A stretch of DNA of 64,000 bases, taken from assembly GCA_002269645.1 (NCBI GenBank), contig NIVC01001829.1, positions 124,001 to 188,000 of the forward strand, given 5' to 3'. Source of the DNA: Macrostomum lignano. Its lineage: Eukaryota. The notes under the pieces are model-generated. The model was not told the DNA's origin. It searched no databases and saw nothing but the letters and a program-made list of their open reading frames with translations. The translations under genes were made by a program, and so were the position numbers. This document shows positions 45,271-57,204 of this stretch, in pieces (the first letter of the stretch is position 1; each line of letters opens with the position of its first letter).

Positions 45271-46239
45271 TACAGAGGTTTTAGTAGTTTTAGAGAGAAA
45301 AATGAAGATGTGAATTGGACTGAGAAGAGAACCGGTGAACGTGATGACAATCAGGAGTCGCATACATAATACACCTTATGGTGAAATGCTACACATTAGT
45401 CCGCTTGGAGTAAAGTATGCTGCAGGCGTGCAAAACCGAAGCTCAGCTTCCTGATTGAGACAATTATCTACGGCCTGCTTGCTCTCTTAATACAAGGCCT
45501 GCATGCGGTATGAGTTATTATATACAGGCGATATCCTTGTAGAAGCCTCGCAGAGGAAGTGTGACCAGGGGAAATTTTTAATCTATTATCAGCAGTGTCT
45601 TTCAATCCCGTGGTACGTTAATTCCGCCGACTCAATTCCCCCTAGATGATGAGCGCTGAGCATGCAGTGGGCAGGGAAGCGGAGGCCTCGCCATTTCCGT
45701 TCATCCTTTTCTTATCTAATCCCAGGGCGTGTCGTTAATCTAATGCAGTTTCCTTGTTGCTGTGCTCACATCTTACGCGTATTACGTATCTACGAGCGTA
45801 GCTCTACATACATAAAGTAAATTTAGTAGAACTTGTATAACTTCAGAAGCTTCGATCAGACTATGGACTTTTTCGTTTAGTGTTTCGACAAAACTCTTGC
45901 ACAATAAATAAGCAATCAAATTGCTCACAGTATACACTGACTGGCACAATCACATTAATTCTGTTCATCTGAAAGCAGTCTAATTATTACATGTATTTAT
46001 AGCTATTCAAGTACACGCACGCCAACTTTAGTACTAAGGTACATACTGATTTTCAATAACGAACTTGACTAAAGCAAATTTGCAACTACGCTAGAAGTAT
46101 CTGATACACGTAGGTTGTAAGCTGTAATAACGTGCATGCAAATTATATAAATACAACATAAAGTTGTAGAGTGTACACGTTGTACACACACGCTTCTCAA
46201 AAACCAACCCCACACCAACCCTCGGCATCATGAGCCCTC

Positions 46240-46645
46240 TCACAAGCCCCTCAATGGCCAAACCCCCACGGCCCTCTCCAACAGCCAATGTACACACGCT
46301 CCTCAATGGCCAAACCCCCACCCCTCTCCAACAGCCAATGTACACACGCCCCTCAATGGCCAAATCCCCACCCCTCTCCAACAGCCAATGTACACACGCC
46401 CCTCAATGGCCAAACCCCCACGGCCCTCTCCAACAGCCAATGTACACACGCCCCTCAGTAGCCAAACCCCCATCCCTCTCAACAGCCAATGTACACACGC
46501 CCCTCAGTGGCCAAACCCCCACCCCTCTCCAACAGCCAATGTACACACGCCCCTCAGTGGCCAAACCCCCACCCCTCTCCAACAGCCAATGTACACCCGA
46601 TCCTCGGTGACCAACCCTCACCCTCTCACAGCCAATGTACACACG
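46240..46645. repeat. 50-bp C-rich minisatellite, about 8 copies
   Basis: Unit CCAACAGCCAATGTACACACGCCCCTCAATGGCCAAACCCCCACCCCTCT. Confidence 0.9.
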
Positions 46646-47006
46646 CCTCTATTTAATTTAAATAAAATCAGAAAAATACACAAAGATGTACATATAGGGC
46701 GCTTTTTGTCACAAAAAATGAAACTAACATGCATTAGGAGTAGCAAAATGATTTGAACACACAATACAGAAAGAGAGCTATATGATGGTGACCATTACTA
46801 CAGTGTATACGAGTTGAGTTGCATTAAGTTAATTGGAAATATCTTGCCTGAATGAATGTTTTAAAAACGTAGAATTTATGCACATAGACAGCTGGAGCAG
46901 AAGGTCGCTCTACTCAATCTTCTTTAATCTTCTTCAATACGCTCTCTTTAATATTTTCCTTCTGCTCCATTTGTCGATAAATTGAGTGATCTATAGCTAT
47001 GATTTA

Positions 47007-47204
47007 TTAAAATCTGTCATAACTCAATTGGATAAAAGCGACAATAGTCAAACTAATTGCCAGGGTGAATTTCGACACTGAGTTTGATGCCGAGTCTAAG
47101 GTGACGCCGTCATCGCCCGAGACCAGCGGGTTGGCACTGCTTCCCGTTGTTGCACCTTCGCCTGAGTTGACAGTTTTGTCGTTTTGTAGCGACACCACGT
47201 ACTT
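47007..47204 (-). CDS. Cys-rich secreted/GPI-anchored protein, exon 6 (terminal)
   Basis: Acceptor CTTCTTCAG|, phase 0; KYVVSLQNDK...Ser/Gly-rich stalk...DSASNSVSKFTLAISLTIVAFIQLSYDRF*, with small residues followed by a hydrophobic tail as in a GPI signal. Confidence 0.72.
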   Translation of the reverse strand, partial: KYVVSLQNDKTVNSGEGATTGSSANPLVSGDDGVTLDSASNSVSKFTLAISLTIVAFIQLSYDRF

Positions 47205-47271
47205 CTGAAGAAGAGTGAGACGGAGGGAGTAAATTTTAATTGAATTAGAATACTTCTATAATCGGAGATAT

Positions 47272-48295
47272 GTGTCACAGGGTCATAGAGGGTGAGTGTC
47301 TCAATGTCATAGAGGGTGGGTGTCTCAGGGTTATAGAATGTGGGTGTCTCAGGGTCATAGAGGGTGGGTGTCTCAGGGTTATAGAATGTGGATGTCTCAG
47401 GGTCATAGAAGGTGGGTGTCTCAGAGTCATACAGGGTGGGTGTCTCAGAGTCATACAGGGTGGGTGTCTCAGGGTCATAGAGGCTGGGTGTCTGAGGGTC
47501 ATACAGGGTAGATGTCTCATGGTCATAGAGGGTGGGTGTCTCAGAGTCTTAGAGGGTGGGTGTCTCACGGTCATCGAGGGTGGGTGTCTCAGATTCATAG
47601 AGGGTGGGTGTCTGAGGGTCATACAGGGTAGATGTCTCATGGTCATAGAGGGTGGGTGTCTCAGAGTCTTAGAGGGTGGGTGTCTCACGGTCATCGAGGG
47701 TGGGTGTCTCAGATTCATAGAGGGTGGGTGTCTGAGGGTCATACAGGGTAGATGTCTCAGGGTCATCGAGGGTGGATGTCTCAGAGTCATACAGGGTGGG
47801 TGTCTCAGAGTCATAGAGGCTGGGTGTCTGAGGGTCATACAGGGTAGATGTCTCAGGGTCATCGAGGGTGGATGTCTCAGAGTCATACAGGGTGGGTGTC
47901 TCAGAGTCATAGAGGCTGGGTGTCTGAGGGTCATACAGGGTAGATGTCTCATGGTCATAGAGGGTGGGTGTCTCACGTTCACAGAGGGTGGGTGTCTCAG
48001 GGGCATAGAGGCTGGGTGGCTGAGGGTCATGGTAGATGTCTCATGGTCATAGAGGGTGGGTGTCTCAGGGTCATAGAGGGTGGGTGTCTCAGGGTCATAG
48101 AGGGTGGATGTCTCATGGTCATAGAGGGTGGGTGTCTCAGAGTCATAGAGGGTGGGTGTCTCAGGGGCATAGAGGCTGGGTGGCTGAGGGTCATGGTAGA
48201 TGTCTCATGGTCATAGAGGGTGGGTGTCTCAGGGTCATAGAGGGTGGGTGTCTCAGGGTCATAGAGGGTGGATGTCTCAGGGGCATAGAGGGTGC
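47272..48295. repeat. 24-bp minisatellite (intron 5 of the minus-strand gene)
   Basis: Unit approximately AGAGGGTGGGTGTCTCAGGGTCAT. Confidence 0.93.
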
Positions 48296-48372
48296 TGATA
48301 TTTAGATGGGGACAGCTGCATCATCTTGAGTGCGCCACCCAATAGCAAAATCACACAGCACAGTCCAGTCAC

Positions 48373-48586
48373 CATGAACTTGTTCGAAGTGCAGAAGGCC
48401 GCAGTTGGCACTGAGATTTCCAGCAGTGGTTCGACCAGCTTCACCGCCTCTTCCCCGCACATCGAGCCGATTTCCTTAGCAACGCAGTCGACTAGGGATC
48501 TGTACTGCCTGAAAGACGGGAAGCAATTTTTGCGCCCATAATAATTGCTAAGGGATTTCGGGACAATCGGCATTGTTATTTCAATG
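48373..48586 (-). CDS. Cys-rich secreted/GPI-anchored protein, exon 5
   Basis: Acceptor CCATTAG|C (phase 2); IEITMPIVPKSLSNYYGRKNCFPSFRQYRSLVDCVAKEIGSMCGEEAVKLVEPLLEISVPTAAFCTSNKFM; donor ATG|GTGACT, phase 0. Confidence 0.7.
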
Positions 48587-49085
48587 CTAATGGACTGTTA
48601 CTAAATTACCAGCTACATACTGGTAGGTAGACTTTTATCTTTGCCTACACAGGTAGGGCTTCCTCTAGGGAGAATTGAAGATGCCAGACAAGGAGAGAGA
48701 CTTTGTGACACGGATTTTGGGACACGAATCGTATATAAGAAAACAGCTGAAAGTCTAAGAACGGGGGCACTTTGTTCAGCTAGAAACAGAGCCAGCTAGC
48801 TACCAGCAACACTGCATTGTCTTGGACAGGGCATTTAACCCCAACATACCAGTTAAGACTTTTGTAGCCTTACTAATCGTTTCATCTGGATAACTATTTT
48901 CATCATTTTTCGCTATACAGAACTGAATTCTGGACTAAAAAAATTCTGAACCCAATGTCTTCTTAAAGCTCTTTATGCTGAAATAGAGGCACAGCGCTTT
49001 TTTAGTTTGTTCCCAGCAGTGGGTATTGCTAAAACCGTCCCCTTACCAGTTTTAAATCTGAATTATTTTACAATTTTCGCCAGAA

Positions 49086-49425
49086 TCTTGTCTATGGCGC
49101 TAAAATCTTGTCTGTGGCGCTAAAATCTTGTCTGTGGCGCTAAAATCTTGTCTGTGGCGCTAAAATCTTGTCTGTGGCGCTAAAATCTTGTCTGTGGCGC
49201 TAAAATCTAGTCTGTGGCGCTAAAATCTTGTCTGTGGCGCTAAAATCTTGTCTGTGGCGCTAAAATCTTGACTGTGGCGCTAAAATCTTGTCTGTGGCGC
49301 TAAAATCTAGTCTGTGGCGCTAAAATCTTGTCTGTGGCGCTAAAATCTTGTCTGTGGCGCTAAAATCTAGTCTGTGGCGCTAAAATCTTGTCTGTGGCGC
49401 TAAAATCTAGTCTGTGGCGCTAAAA
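49086..49425. repeat. 20-bp minisatellite
   Basis: Unit TAAAATCTTGTCTGTGGCGC, about 17 copies. Confidence 0.92.
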
Positions 49426-49791
49426 TTCTGTCTGCAGCCCTGAATCTTCTACGGGACTATGATTGTTGCCGCTCTGGCGCTGACTTCTAAATCCAATTGC
49501 TTAAGTAATATGTCCTTGAAAGGGTCAAACAGAATGTCACACGCGCGTGCACACACTTACAAAATAGTTTGAATAACATCCCCTCCTATCGTAGTTTCCC
49601 CCCACAAAACCATCAATCTATTTCAACGCCTTGGAGGGTTAAAGGTATTTTGGCCCTTATAAGACTGTTCGTCGTTGTCGAAGAATCCTTGGGTTGTCCT
49701 TGGGTCAGGTATGCGAACACCTCGCTTGCTTGCTTATTTAGCTATCTGCCTGGATGAAGCTAGGATGCTGGCATTAAAGAAGCGACAACAG

Positions 49792-49841
<50 letters not shown>

Positions 49842-50324
49842 CGCACGCAGACCGAGTGTGAGATAGTGAGAAAGGTGTCAAGCCAATTGACAGATAAGCG
49901 CGTGGACTTCCTAAAATCCTCGCCCCTTTAGCCCGTGGTGGTGCGCGAGGACTTCTAATTTAGCCAACTGGAATGGAAGAGCCTTCAGTCTGAATTTATA
50001 AATTCTGCGAAATACAGTCCTACCAAATTCAATTAAAAGCATTGAAATGGTTACTGTAATAATTAAGTTAGGAGCATAATTTTACGAGACTTAATTATGA
50101 AGTTTCAGCGACTAGTATTCTGTAAATTAGTGTTGATTGACACATTCTTGCTGTAGTTTTTTCTCTCCTTATCTAACAAACCTCAACATTCTGCCAAGTC
50201 ACCTTTGTTTTTCAAGGTTAGTCCCGGCACTTCTTGTTGGTGCTGCTTTTTTTGTATGCCTAATTAAAAAGGTTTGAGGTTGCAATAACTTTCATCAGAA
50301 AGTCTAGTTAAGTTAAGTTTAGTT

Positions 50325-51185
50325 TAGCGCCAATCTGACAGATAGTTTAGCGCCAATCTGACAAATAGTTTAGCGCCAATCTGACAGCTAGTTTAGCGCC
50401 AATCTGACAGCTAGTTTAGCGCCAATCTGACAGCTAGTTTAGCGCCAAATTGACAGCTAGTTTAGCGCCAATCTGACAGCTAGTTTAGCGCCAATCTGAC
50501 AGCTAGTTTAGCGCCAATCTGACAGATAGTTTAGCGCCAATCTGACAGATAGTTTAGCGCCAATCTGACAGATAGTTTAGCGCCAATCTGACAGATAGTT
50601 TAGCGCCAATCTGACAGATAGTTTAGCATCAATCTGACAGCTAGTTTAGCATCAATCTGACAGCTAGTTTAGCACCAATCTGACAGCTAGTTTAGCGCCA
50701 ATCTGACAGCTAGTTTAGCGCCAATCTGACAGATAGTTTAGCGCCAATCTGACAGATAGTTTAGCGCCAATCTGACAGATAGTTTAGCGCCAATCTGACA
50801 GATAGTTTAGCGCCAATCTGACAGCTAGTTTAGCGCCAATCTGACAGCTAGTTTAGCGCCAATCTGACAGCTAGTTTAGCGCCAATCTGACAGCTAGTTT
50901 AGCGCCAATCTGACAGCTAGTTTAGCGCCAATCTGACAGCTAGTTTAGCGCCAATCTGACAGCTAGTTTAGCGCCAATCTGACAGATAGTTTAGCGCCAA
51001 TCTGACAGCTAGTTTAGCGCCAAACTGACAATCTAACAACCTGAAAATCTGGCAACCTGACAACCTGACAACCTGACAATCTACCAACCTGACAACCTGA
51101 CAACATGACAACCTGACAGCCTGACAACCTGACAACCTGACAACCTGACAACCTGACAACCTTACAATCTGACAACCTGACAATC
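50325..51185. repeat. 23-bp minisatellite followed by a 9-bp (ACCTGACA-type) array
   Basis: Unit CTGACAGCTAGTTTAGCGCCAAT to about 51025, then CTGACAAC repeats. Confidence 0.92.
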
Positions 51186-51191
51186 AATCAC

Positions 51192-51309
51192 CTGCAGTCG
51201 TAGCCGCGCCTCAGAGCTGCTTGCTTGTCGGTGTTGAATCGAAATTTTTCGTAACAATCTGAAGTTCGCCTGCTTGCTGAGCGATAGCACAGGAACAGGG
51301 TCGGATAGT
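51192..51309 (-). CDS. Cys-rich secreted/GPI-anchored protein, exon 4
   Basis: Acceptor AATTTCAG| phase 1, donor CAG|GTGATT phase 2; DYPTLFLCYRSASRRTSDCYEKFRFNTDKQAALRRGYDCS. Confidence 0.72.
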
Positions 51310-51358
51310 CTGAAATTGAAACGGAAAGTCTCATTCACCTTTTACTCCGAATCCGAAG

Positions 51359-52098
51359 TCCCAGTCCCAAAGTCCCAGAGTCCCAAAGTCCCAGAGTCCC
51401 AAAGTCCCAGAGTCCCAAAGTCCCAGAGTCCCAAAGTCCCAGAGTCCCAAAGTCCCAGAGTCCCAAAGTCCCAGAGTCCCAAAGTCCCAGAGTCCCAAAG
51501 TCCCAGAGTCCCAAAGTCCCAGAGTCCCAAAGTCCCAGAGTCCCAAAGTCCCAGAGTCCCAAAGTCCCAGAGTCCCAAAGTCCCAGAGTCCCAAAGTCCC
51601 AGAGTCCCAAAGTCCCAGAGTCCCAAAGTCCCAGAGTCCCAAAGTCCCAGAGTCCCAAAGTCCCAGAGTCCCAAAGTCCCAGAGTCCCAAAGTCCCAGAG
51701 TCCCAAAGTCCCAGAGTCCCAAAGTCCCAGAGTCCCAAAGTCCCAGAGTCCCAAAGTCCCAGAGTCCCAAAGTCCCAGAGTCCCAAAGTCCCAGAGTCCC
51801 AAAGTCCCAGAGTCCCAAAGTCCCAGAGTCCCAAAGTCCCAGAGTCCCAAAGTCCCAGAGTCCCAAAGTCCCAGAGTCCCAAAGTCCCAGAGTCCCAAAG
51901 TCCCAGAGTCCCAAAGTCCCAGAGTCCCAAAGTCCCAGAGTCCCAAAGTCCCAGAGTCCCAAAGTCCCAGAGTCCCAAAGTCCCAGAGTCCCAAAGTCCC
52001 AGAGTCCCAAAGTCCCAGAGTCCCAAAGTCCCAGAGTCCCAAAGTCCCAGAGTCCCAAAGTCCCAGAGTCCCAAAGTCCCAGAGTCACAAAGTCCCAG
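51359..52098. repeat. Near-perfect 16-bp (8+8) satellite, about 46 copies (intron 3)
   Basis: Unit GTCCCAAA-GTCCCAGA. Confidence 0.97.
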
Positions 52099-52103
52099 AC
52101 TAC

Positions 52104-52258
52104 CAAACAAGTCGTGCATCGATCTACCGTTAAAAGCGCCGTTATAGCAAAAGTTCGCCAACGACATAAAGAAATAGTCTGTCGGCGGCGGCGTCGGTCG
52201 GATTCGTCGACAAAAGCCGAGAGCATTGGTGTCGCAGGCCGAATAGTAGGTGATGATC
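52104..52258 (-). CDS. Cys-rich secreted/GPI-anchored protein, exon 3
   Basis: Acceptor CTCACAG| phase 2, donor TTTG|GTAGTC phase 1; IITYYSACDTNALGFCRRIRPTPPPTDYFFMSLANFCYNGAFNGRSMHDLF. Confidence 0.72.
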
Positions 52259-52374
52259 CTGTGAGTGCGTTTGGGTGCAGATTTTTTCCTGTTTTTGAGT
52301 GACGGTCAGCTATGGCTGATTGACAGAAATTTTCTCGATATTTTTACGCCACCTAACAGTAACATAAGCGCAAT

Positions 52375-52985
52375 CGGACACATTGTCGGCGCCATCTGAC
52401 CTTTATTTTAAGCGCTATCTGACACCAATTGTCGGCGCCGTATGACACCAATTGTCGGCGCCATCTGACACCAATTGTCGGCGCCGTATGACACCAATTG
52501 TCGGCGCTATCTGACATCAATTGTCTTCACCATCTGACAAAAATTTTCGGCGCCATCTGACACATATTGTCGGCGCCATCTGACCTTAATTTTAAGCGCT
52601 ATCTGACACCAATTGTCGGCGGTATCTGACATCAATTGTCTTCGCCAACTGACACAAATTTTTGGCGCTATCTGAAACATATTGTCGGCGCCATCTGACT
52701 TTAATTTTAAGCGCTATCTGACCCCAATTGTCGGCGCCGTATGACACCAATTGTCGGCGCTATCTGGCATCAATTGTCTTCACCATCTGACACAAATTTC
52801 GGCGCCATCTGACACATATTGTCGGCGCCATCTGACCTTAATTTTAAGCGCTATCTGACACCAATTGTCGGCGCCGTATGACACCAATTGTCGGCGCTAT
52901 CTGACATCAATTGTCTTCACCATCTGACACAAATTTTCGGCGCCATCTGACACATTGTCGGCGCTATCTGACACCAACTGTCGGC
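52375..52985. repeat. About 23-bp minisatellite with a palindromic core (intron 2)
   Basis: Unit approximately CTGACACCAATTGTCGGCGCCAT, with higher-order variants. Confidence 0.88.
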
Positions 52986-53235
52986 CCTTTAGGGTTTCAT
53001 ATCTCAGCATTAAAGGAGCGGGGTATTCAGAACTTTCCAATCGGGAAGTTCATATCGATGAGTCATAACACATTTTGATGGGCAGTTTAATTGAGCAAAA
53101 TAGTTGACTAAAATACTTACACTCTGAAAATTCGATCCCTAATACTGACAATTATCTATCTATAATTAGCATCCCGCCAATTATGATGTATGAAAGCTAA
53201 TTGTTCAATAATTTATATGAGAATATATAACTCAC

Positions 53236-53395
53236 CTGCAGACTCTGCTAAGCTCTGTGGGCTGCATCACTCCGGTGTAAAATGCTCGACTTTGTGGCAG
53301 CCTGTTCACCAGCGAAGCATTGAGGCGGCTTTGGCATTCCTGCACCTTGAGCTCCTCTTCTTCTGGGCACACAGGCAGGGTCGGGGGGATTTTGC
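53236..53395 (-). CDS. Cys-rich secreted/GPI-anchored protein, exon 2
   Basis: Acceptor CTTCCCCAG| phase 1, donor CAG|GTGAGT phase 2; KIPPTLPVCPEEEELKVQECQSRLNASLVNRLPQSRAFYTGVMQPTELSRVCR. Confidence 0.75.
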
Positions 53396-53434
53396 CTGGG
53401 GAAGAGATTGAGAGCAGTGCTCGGTTGATGCTGC

Positions 53435-53720
53435 TATCCTGTGTCTACTCATTCTCTACCCAATCTACTCCTGTGTCTACTCATTCTCTACCCAATCTAC
53501 TCCTGTGTCTACTCATTCTCTACCCAATCTACTCCTGTGTCTACTCATTGTCTACCCAATCTACTCCTGTATCTACTCAATCCGCTTCAGTGTCTACTAA
53601 TTGTCTACCCAATCTACCCCTGTGTCTACTCATTCTCTACCCAATCTATTCCTGTGGCTACTCATTCTCTACCCTATCTACTCCAGTGTCTAATCAATCT
53701 ACTCATTGTCTACCTCTACT
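53435..53720. repeat. 32-bp minisatellite (C-rich orientation)
   Basis: Unit CTACTCATTCTCTACCCAATCTACTCCTGTGT. Confidence 0.85.
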
Positions 53721-54354
53721 CTTCTACCCATTATCTAACTAATATCTCATTGTGTGCACCTTTATTCTAAATATTGAGATATTAATCATACACGAGCGTA
53801 GAAGAAGGGAAACCGCAAACATTCTACAAACTCAATAAAACGCAGTAAAACCTTCATACAAGTCTAATGCTGTAGCATTCCTTTCTACTCTATTTTTTTC
53901 ACCAATACGAGAGTGAATTTACAAGCCACACAAGTGCTATTCACTCTATTCTGATTGCTACAGAATCCCACACATCCATCTGTGAAACCCTTAAGTGCTG
54001 GCTAGGTAGTATATACACTATACTCATAAATTTCTCTAACTGCAGCGTACCGTAAGGGGGTTCTGAATCCTCTCGCTTCGCTTAGTGAGTGGAAGTGGTC
54101 AAGCGTGAGTTTGCGATGGAGATTGGGATCATGTTTCTGCATGGATAAGTGCCTATTGGTGACTGCATGAGTTTAGTTGGCTTGGGGTTCGATAACTTGT
54201 AGGATTTGAGCACTGAGTAGACTGCATAGAGAATTGGTAGATAGCAGTGCAGACGGGCAGATTAAGTAGATTTTAGGGTAGATTGGGTAGCTAATGGGTA
54301 AAAGCAGGGTAGGTCGGGTAAATAAAGGTAGATAGCATGTTAGATTAGATAGAT

Positions 54355-54915
54355 ACGAGTAGATAGCAGGGTAGATTAAGTAGATAATGGGTAGATAGCA
54401 GGGTAGGTTGGATTGATAATGGGTAGATAGCAGGGTAGATTGGTAGATAATGGGTAGATAGCAGGGTAGATTGGGTAGATAATGGGTAAATAGCAGGGTA
54501 GGTTGGATTGACAATGGGTAGATAGCAGGGTAGATTGGTAGATAATGGGTAGATAGCAGGGTAGATTGGGTAGATAATAGGTAGATAGCAGGGTAGGTTG
54601 GGTAGATAATGGGTAGATAGCAGGGTAGATTGGGTAGATAATGGGTAAATAGCAGGGTAGGTTGGATTGACAATGGGTAGATAGCAGGGTAGATTGGTAG
54701 ATAATGGGTAGATAGCAGGGTAGATTGGGTAGATAATAGGTAGATAGCAGGGTAGGTTGGGTAGATAATGGGTAGATAGCAGGGTAGATTGGTAGATAAT
54801 GGGTAGATAGCAGGGTAGGTTGGATTGATAATGGGTAGATAGCAGGGTAGATTGGTAGATAATGGGTGGATAGCAGGGTAGATTGGGTAGATAATGGGTA
54901 GATAGCAGGGTAGAT
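54355..54915. repeat. 32-bp minisatellite (G-rich orientation), inverted relative of 53435-53720
   Basis: Unit GGGTAGATAGCAGGGTAGATTGGGTAGATAAT; its reverse complement aligns with the 53435 unit. Confidence 0.88.
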
Positions 54916-55545
54916 TGTGCTGAGAATAATAGATGTTTGGGTAAAAATTCGTGAGTGTGATTGAGTGTGATTCTAGAAATGAGTATAATTTCCTATTCAC
55001 AACATAATATTATATAATATTTCATATACTGTGGCGGAACCCAAACGCACATTACATATTTCTTAGAAGTTTCTGTCAGTTTGTAGCCCTGACCTAATTA
55101 ACACACCGGAGTTGGAAAGTCAAGAATCTGCAAGGTTGGGGAAAATTCTCCCTACAAAGTCATGCGGATCCCTCAGGCTTGGCTACGCTGTCTTTTCGCC
55201 CCCCCCCCCGGTGAAAGGTGTGTATCAACAAGTCTTGACCTGCGAACCCTGTGCTCCCGGACCCCCCGGGGCGTTTCTCTCGCTAATTAATTGTCCAGGC
55301 AACTAACTACCTGTGGTTGGACTATGGTTGGCTGACTGCAGGCCGTAACTATAATAGCAGACAGACTGGTTGGTAATGGATCTGGATCTTCATATTGAGC
55401 GATTTTTAGCCATACCTATAGGATATGCTTGGCACTAACCGTTGCATCAGGGTTGCAAATCTTTTTGACCCTTCCGAAAAAAATGGCTTTGATTTAGGTA
55501 ACACAGATCTTGGTGGACAGGTTAGCATGGGGGAATTGGTTGTAG

Positions 55546-56646
55546 TGGACAGGCTGGAGAGGACAGGCTGGAGAGGACAGGCTGGAGAGGACAGGCTGGA
55601 GAGGACAGGCTGGAGAGGACAGGCTGGAGAGGACAGGCTGGAGAGGACAGGCTGGAGAGGACAGGCTGGAGAGGACAGGCTGGAGAGGACAGGCTGGAGA
55701 GGACAGGCTGGAGAGGACAGGCTGGAGAGGACAGGCTGGAGAGGACAGGCTGGAGAGGACAGGCTGGAGAGGACAGGCTGGAGAGGACAGGCTGGAGAGG
55801 ACAGGCTGGAGAGGACAGGCTGGAGAGGACAGGCTGGAGAGGACAGGCTGGAGAGGACAGGCTGGAGAGGACAGGCTGGAGAGGACAGGCTGGAGAGGAC
55901 AGGCTGGAGAGGACAGGCTGGAGAGGACAGGCTGGAGAGGACAGGCTGGAGAGGACAGGCTGGAGAGGACAGGCTGGAGAGGACAGGCTGGAGAGGACAG
56001 GCTGGAGAGGACAGGCTGGAGAGGACAGGCTGGAGAGGACAGGCTGGAGAGGACAGGCTGGAGAGGACAGGCTGGAGAGGACAGGCTGGAGAGGACAGGC
56101 TGGAGAGGACAGGCTAGAGAGGACAGGCTGGAGAGGACAGGCTGGAGAGGACGGGCTGGAGAGGACAGGCTGGAGAGGACAGGCTGGAGAGGACAGGCTG
56201 GAGAGGACAGGCTGGAGAGGACAGGCTGGAGAGGACAGGCTGGAGAGGACAGGCTGGAGAGGACAGGCTGTAGAGGACAGGCTGGAGAGGACAGGCTGGA
56301 GAGGACAGGCTGGAGAGGACAGGCTGGAGAGGACAGGCTGGAGAGGACAGGCTGGAGAGGACAGGCTGGAGAGGACAGGCTGGAGAGGACGGGCTGGAGA
56401 GGACAGGCTGGAGAGAACAGGCTGGAGAGGACAGGCTGGAGAGGACAGGCTGTAGAGGACAGGCTGGAGAGGACAGGCTGGAGAGGACAGGCTGGAGAGG
56501 ACAGGCTGGAGAGGACAGGCTGGAGAGGACAGGCTGGAGAGGACAGGCTGGAGAGGACAGGCTGGAGAGGACAGGCTGGAGAGGACAGGCTGGAGAGGAC
56601 AGGCTGGAGAGGACAGGCTGCAGAGGACAGGCTGCAGAGGACAGGC
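55546..56646. repeat. 15-bp purine-rich satellite, about 73 copies
   Basis: Unit GGACAGGCTGGAGAG, nearly invariant. Confidence 0.97.
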
Positions 56647-57204
56647 CAGCAATGCCAAAAAACGCACAAAGTGCAGCCAATGTTAAAAAACTTTTCAACG
56701 TCAAACCCCCGAGTATCGTCCAGTTTTTTTGTCTTCTGTCAAAACTCTGACAGCATTTTGATTGTTCTCTTTGATCTTCTTTGAGCAGCGTTCCTGTCCC
56801 TCTATTTCTGCTCTATTCGCTTAATTTGCTATTCTGTCCTGATGCCAGCAAGAAGTTTTATTTCATCTTGACGCATCGCAGCGGGAGGCTGTATAGCGCA
56901 ATATTTTATTCTATACCATTGAAGTTGAGACAGTAAAACCCGCGGGACCCCTGCGGCTGCGTGACAAGGAGAGAGAGAGAGACGATTAACTTGACAAGAA
57001 GATACCGCAAAGAGCGAACCTCGCTGTAACCATTTCTTTAGAATTTGAACTCAATTTTTAGCGAGCCAAAAAAGTCTTTCTTTTACACCTTACATGTGAC
57101 AGGAGTTTCAATATATTAAGACAAGAAAGGCCAGAGAGGTTTTATATCGACGATGTAAAAAATATAAAATGGCAATAAAAGCAATAAAAGCTTTAGAAAC
57201 TCAC

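Noticed and set aside
47270-48305. Cys/His-rich repeat ORFs on both strands (260 aa, 251 aa)
   Set aside because: The 24-bp unit is a multiple of 3 with no stops, so open frames are expected; it sits inside intron 5 of the minus-strand gene.
51274-52302. 342-aa PKSQS-repeat ORF and three antisense LGLWD ORFs
   Set aside because: Artefacts of a stop-free 16-bp satellite; the true exons flank it on the minus strand.
55440-55510. 69-nt candidate exon in intron 1 of the hidden gene
   Set aside because: Weak acceptor, and its only open frame is phase 2, incompatible with the phase-1 junction of exons 1 and 2.
55425-56704. ORFs of 196-391 aa including an apparent signal peptide (MTLKSFLTLAALCAFFGIAG)
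   Set aside because: The body is a 15-bp satellite, the start is a non-ATG codon, and no convincing splice context was found.
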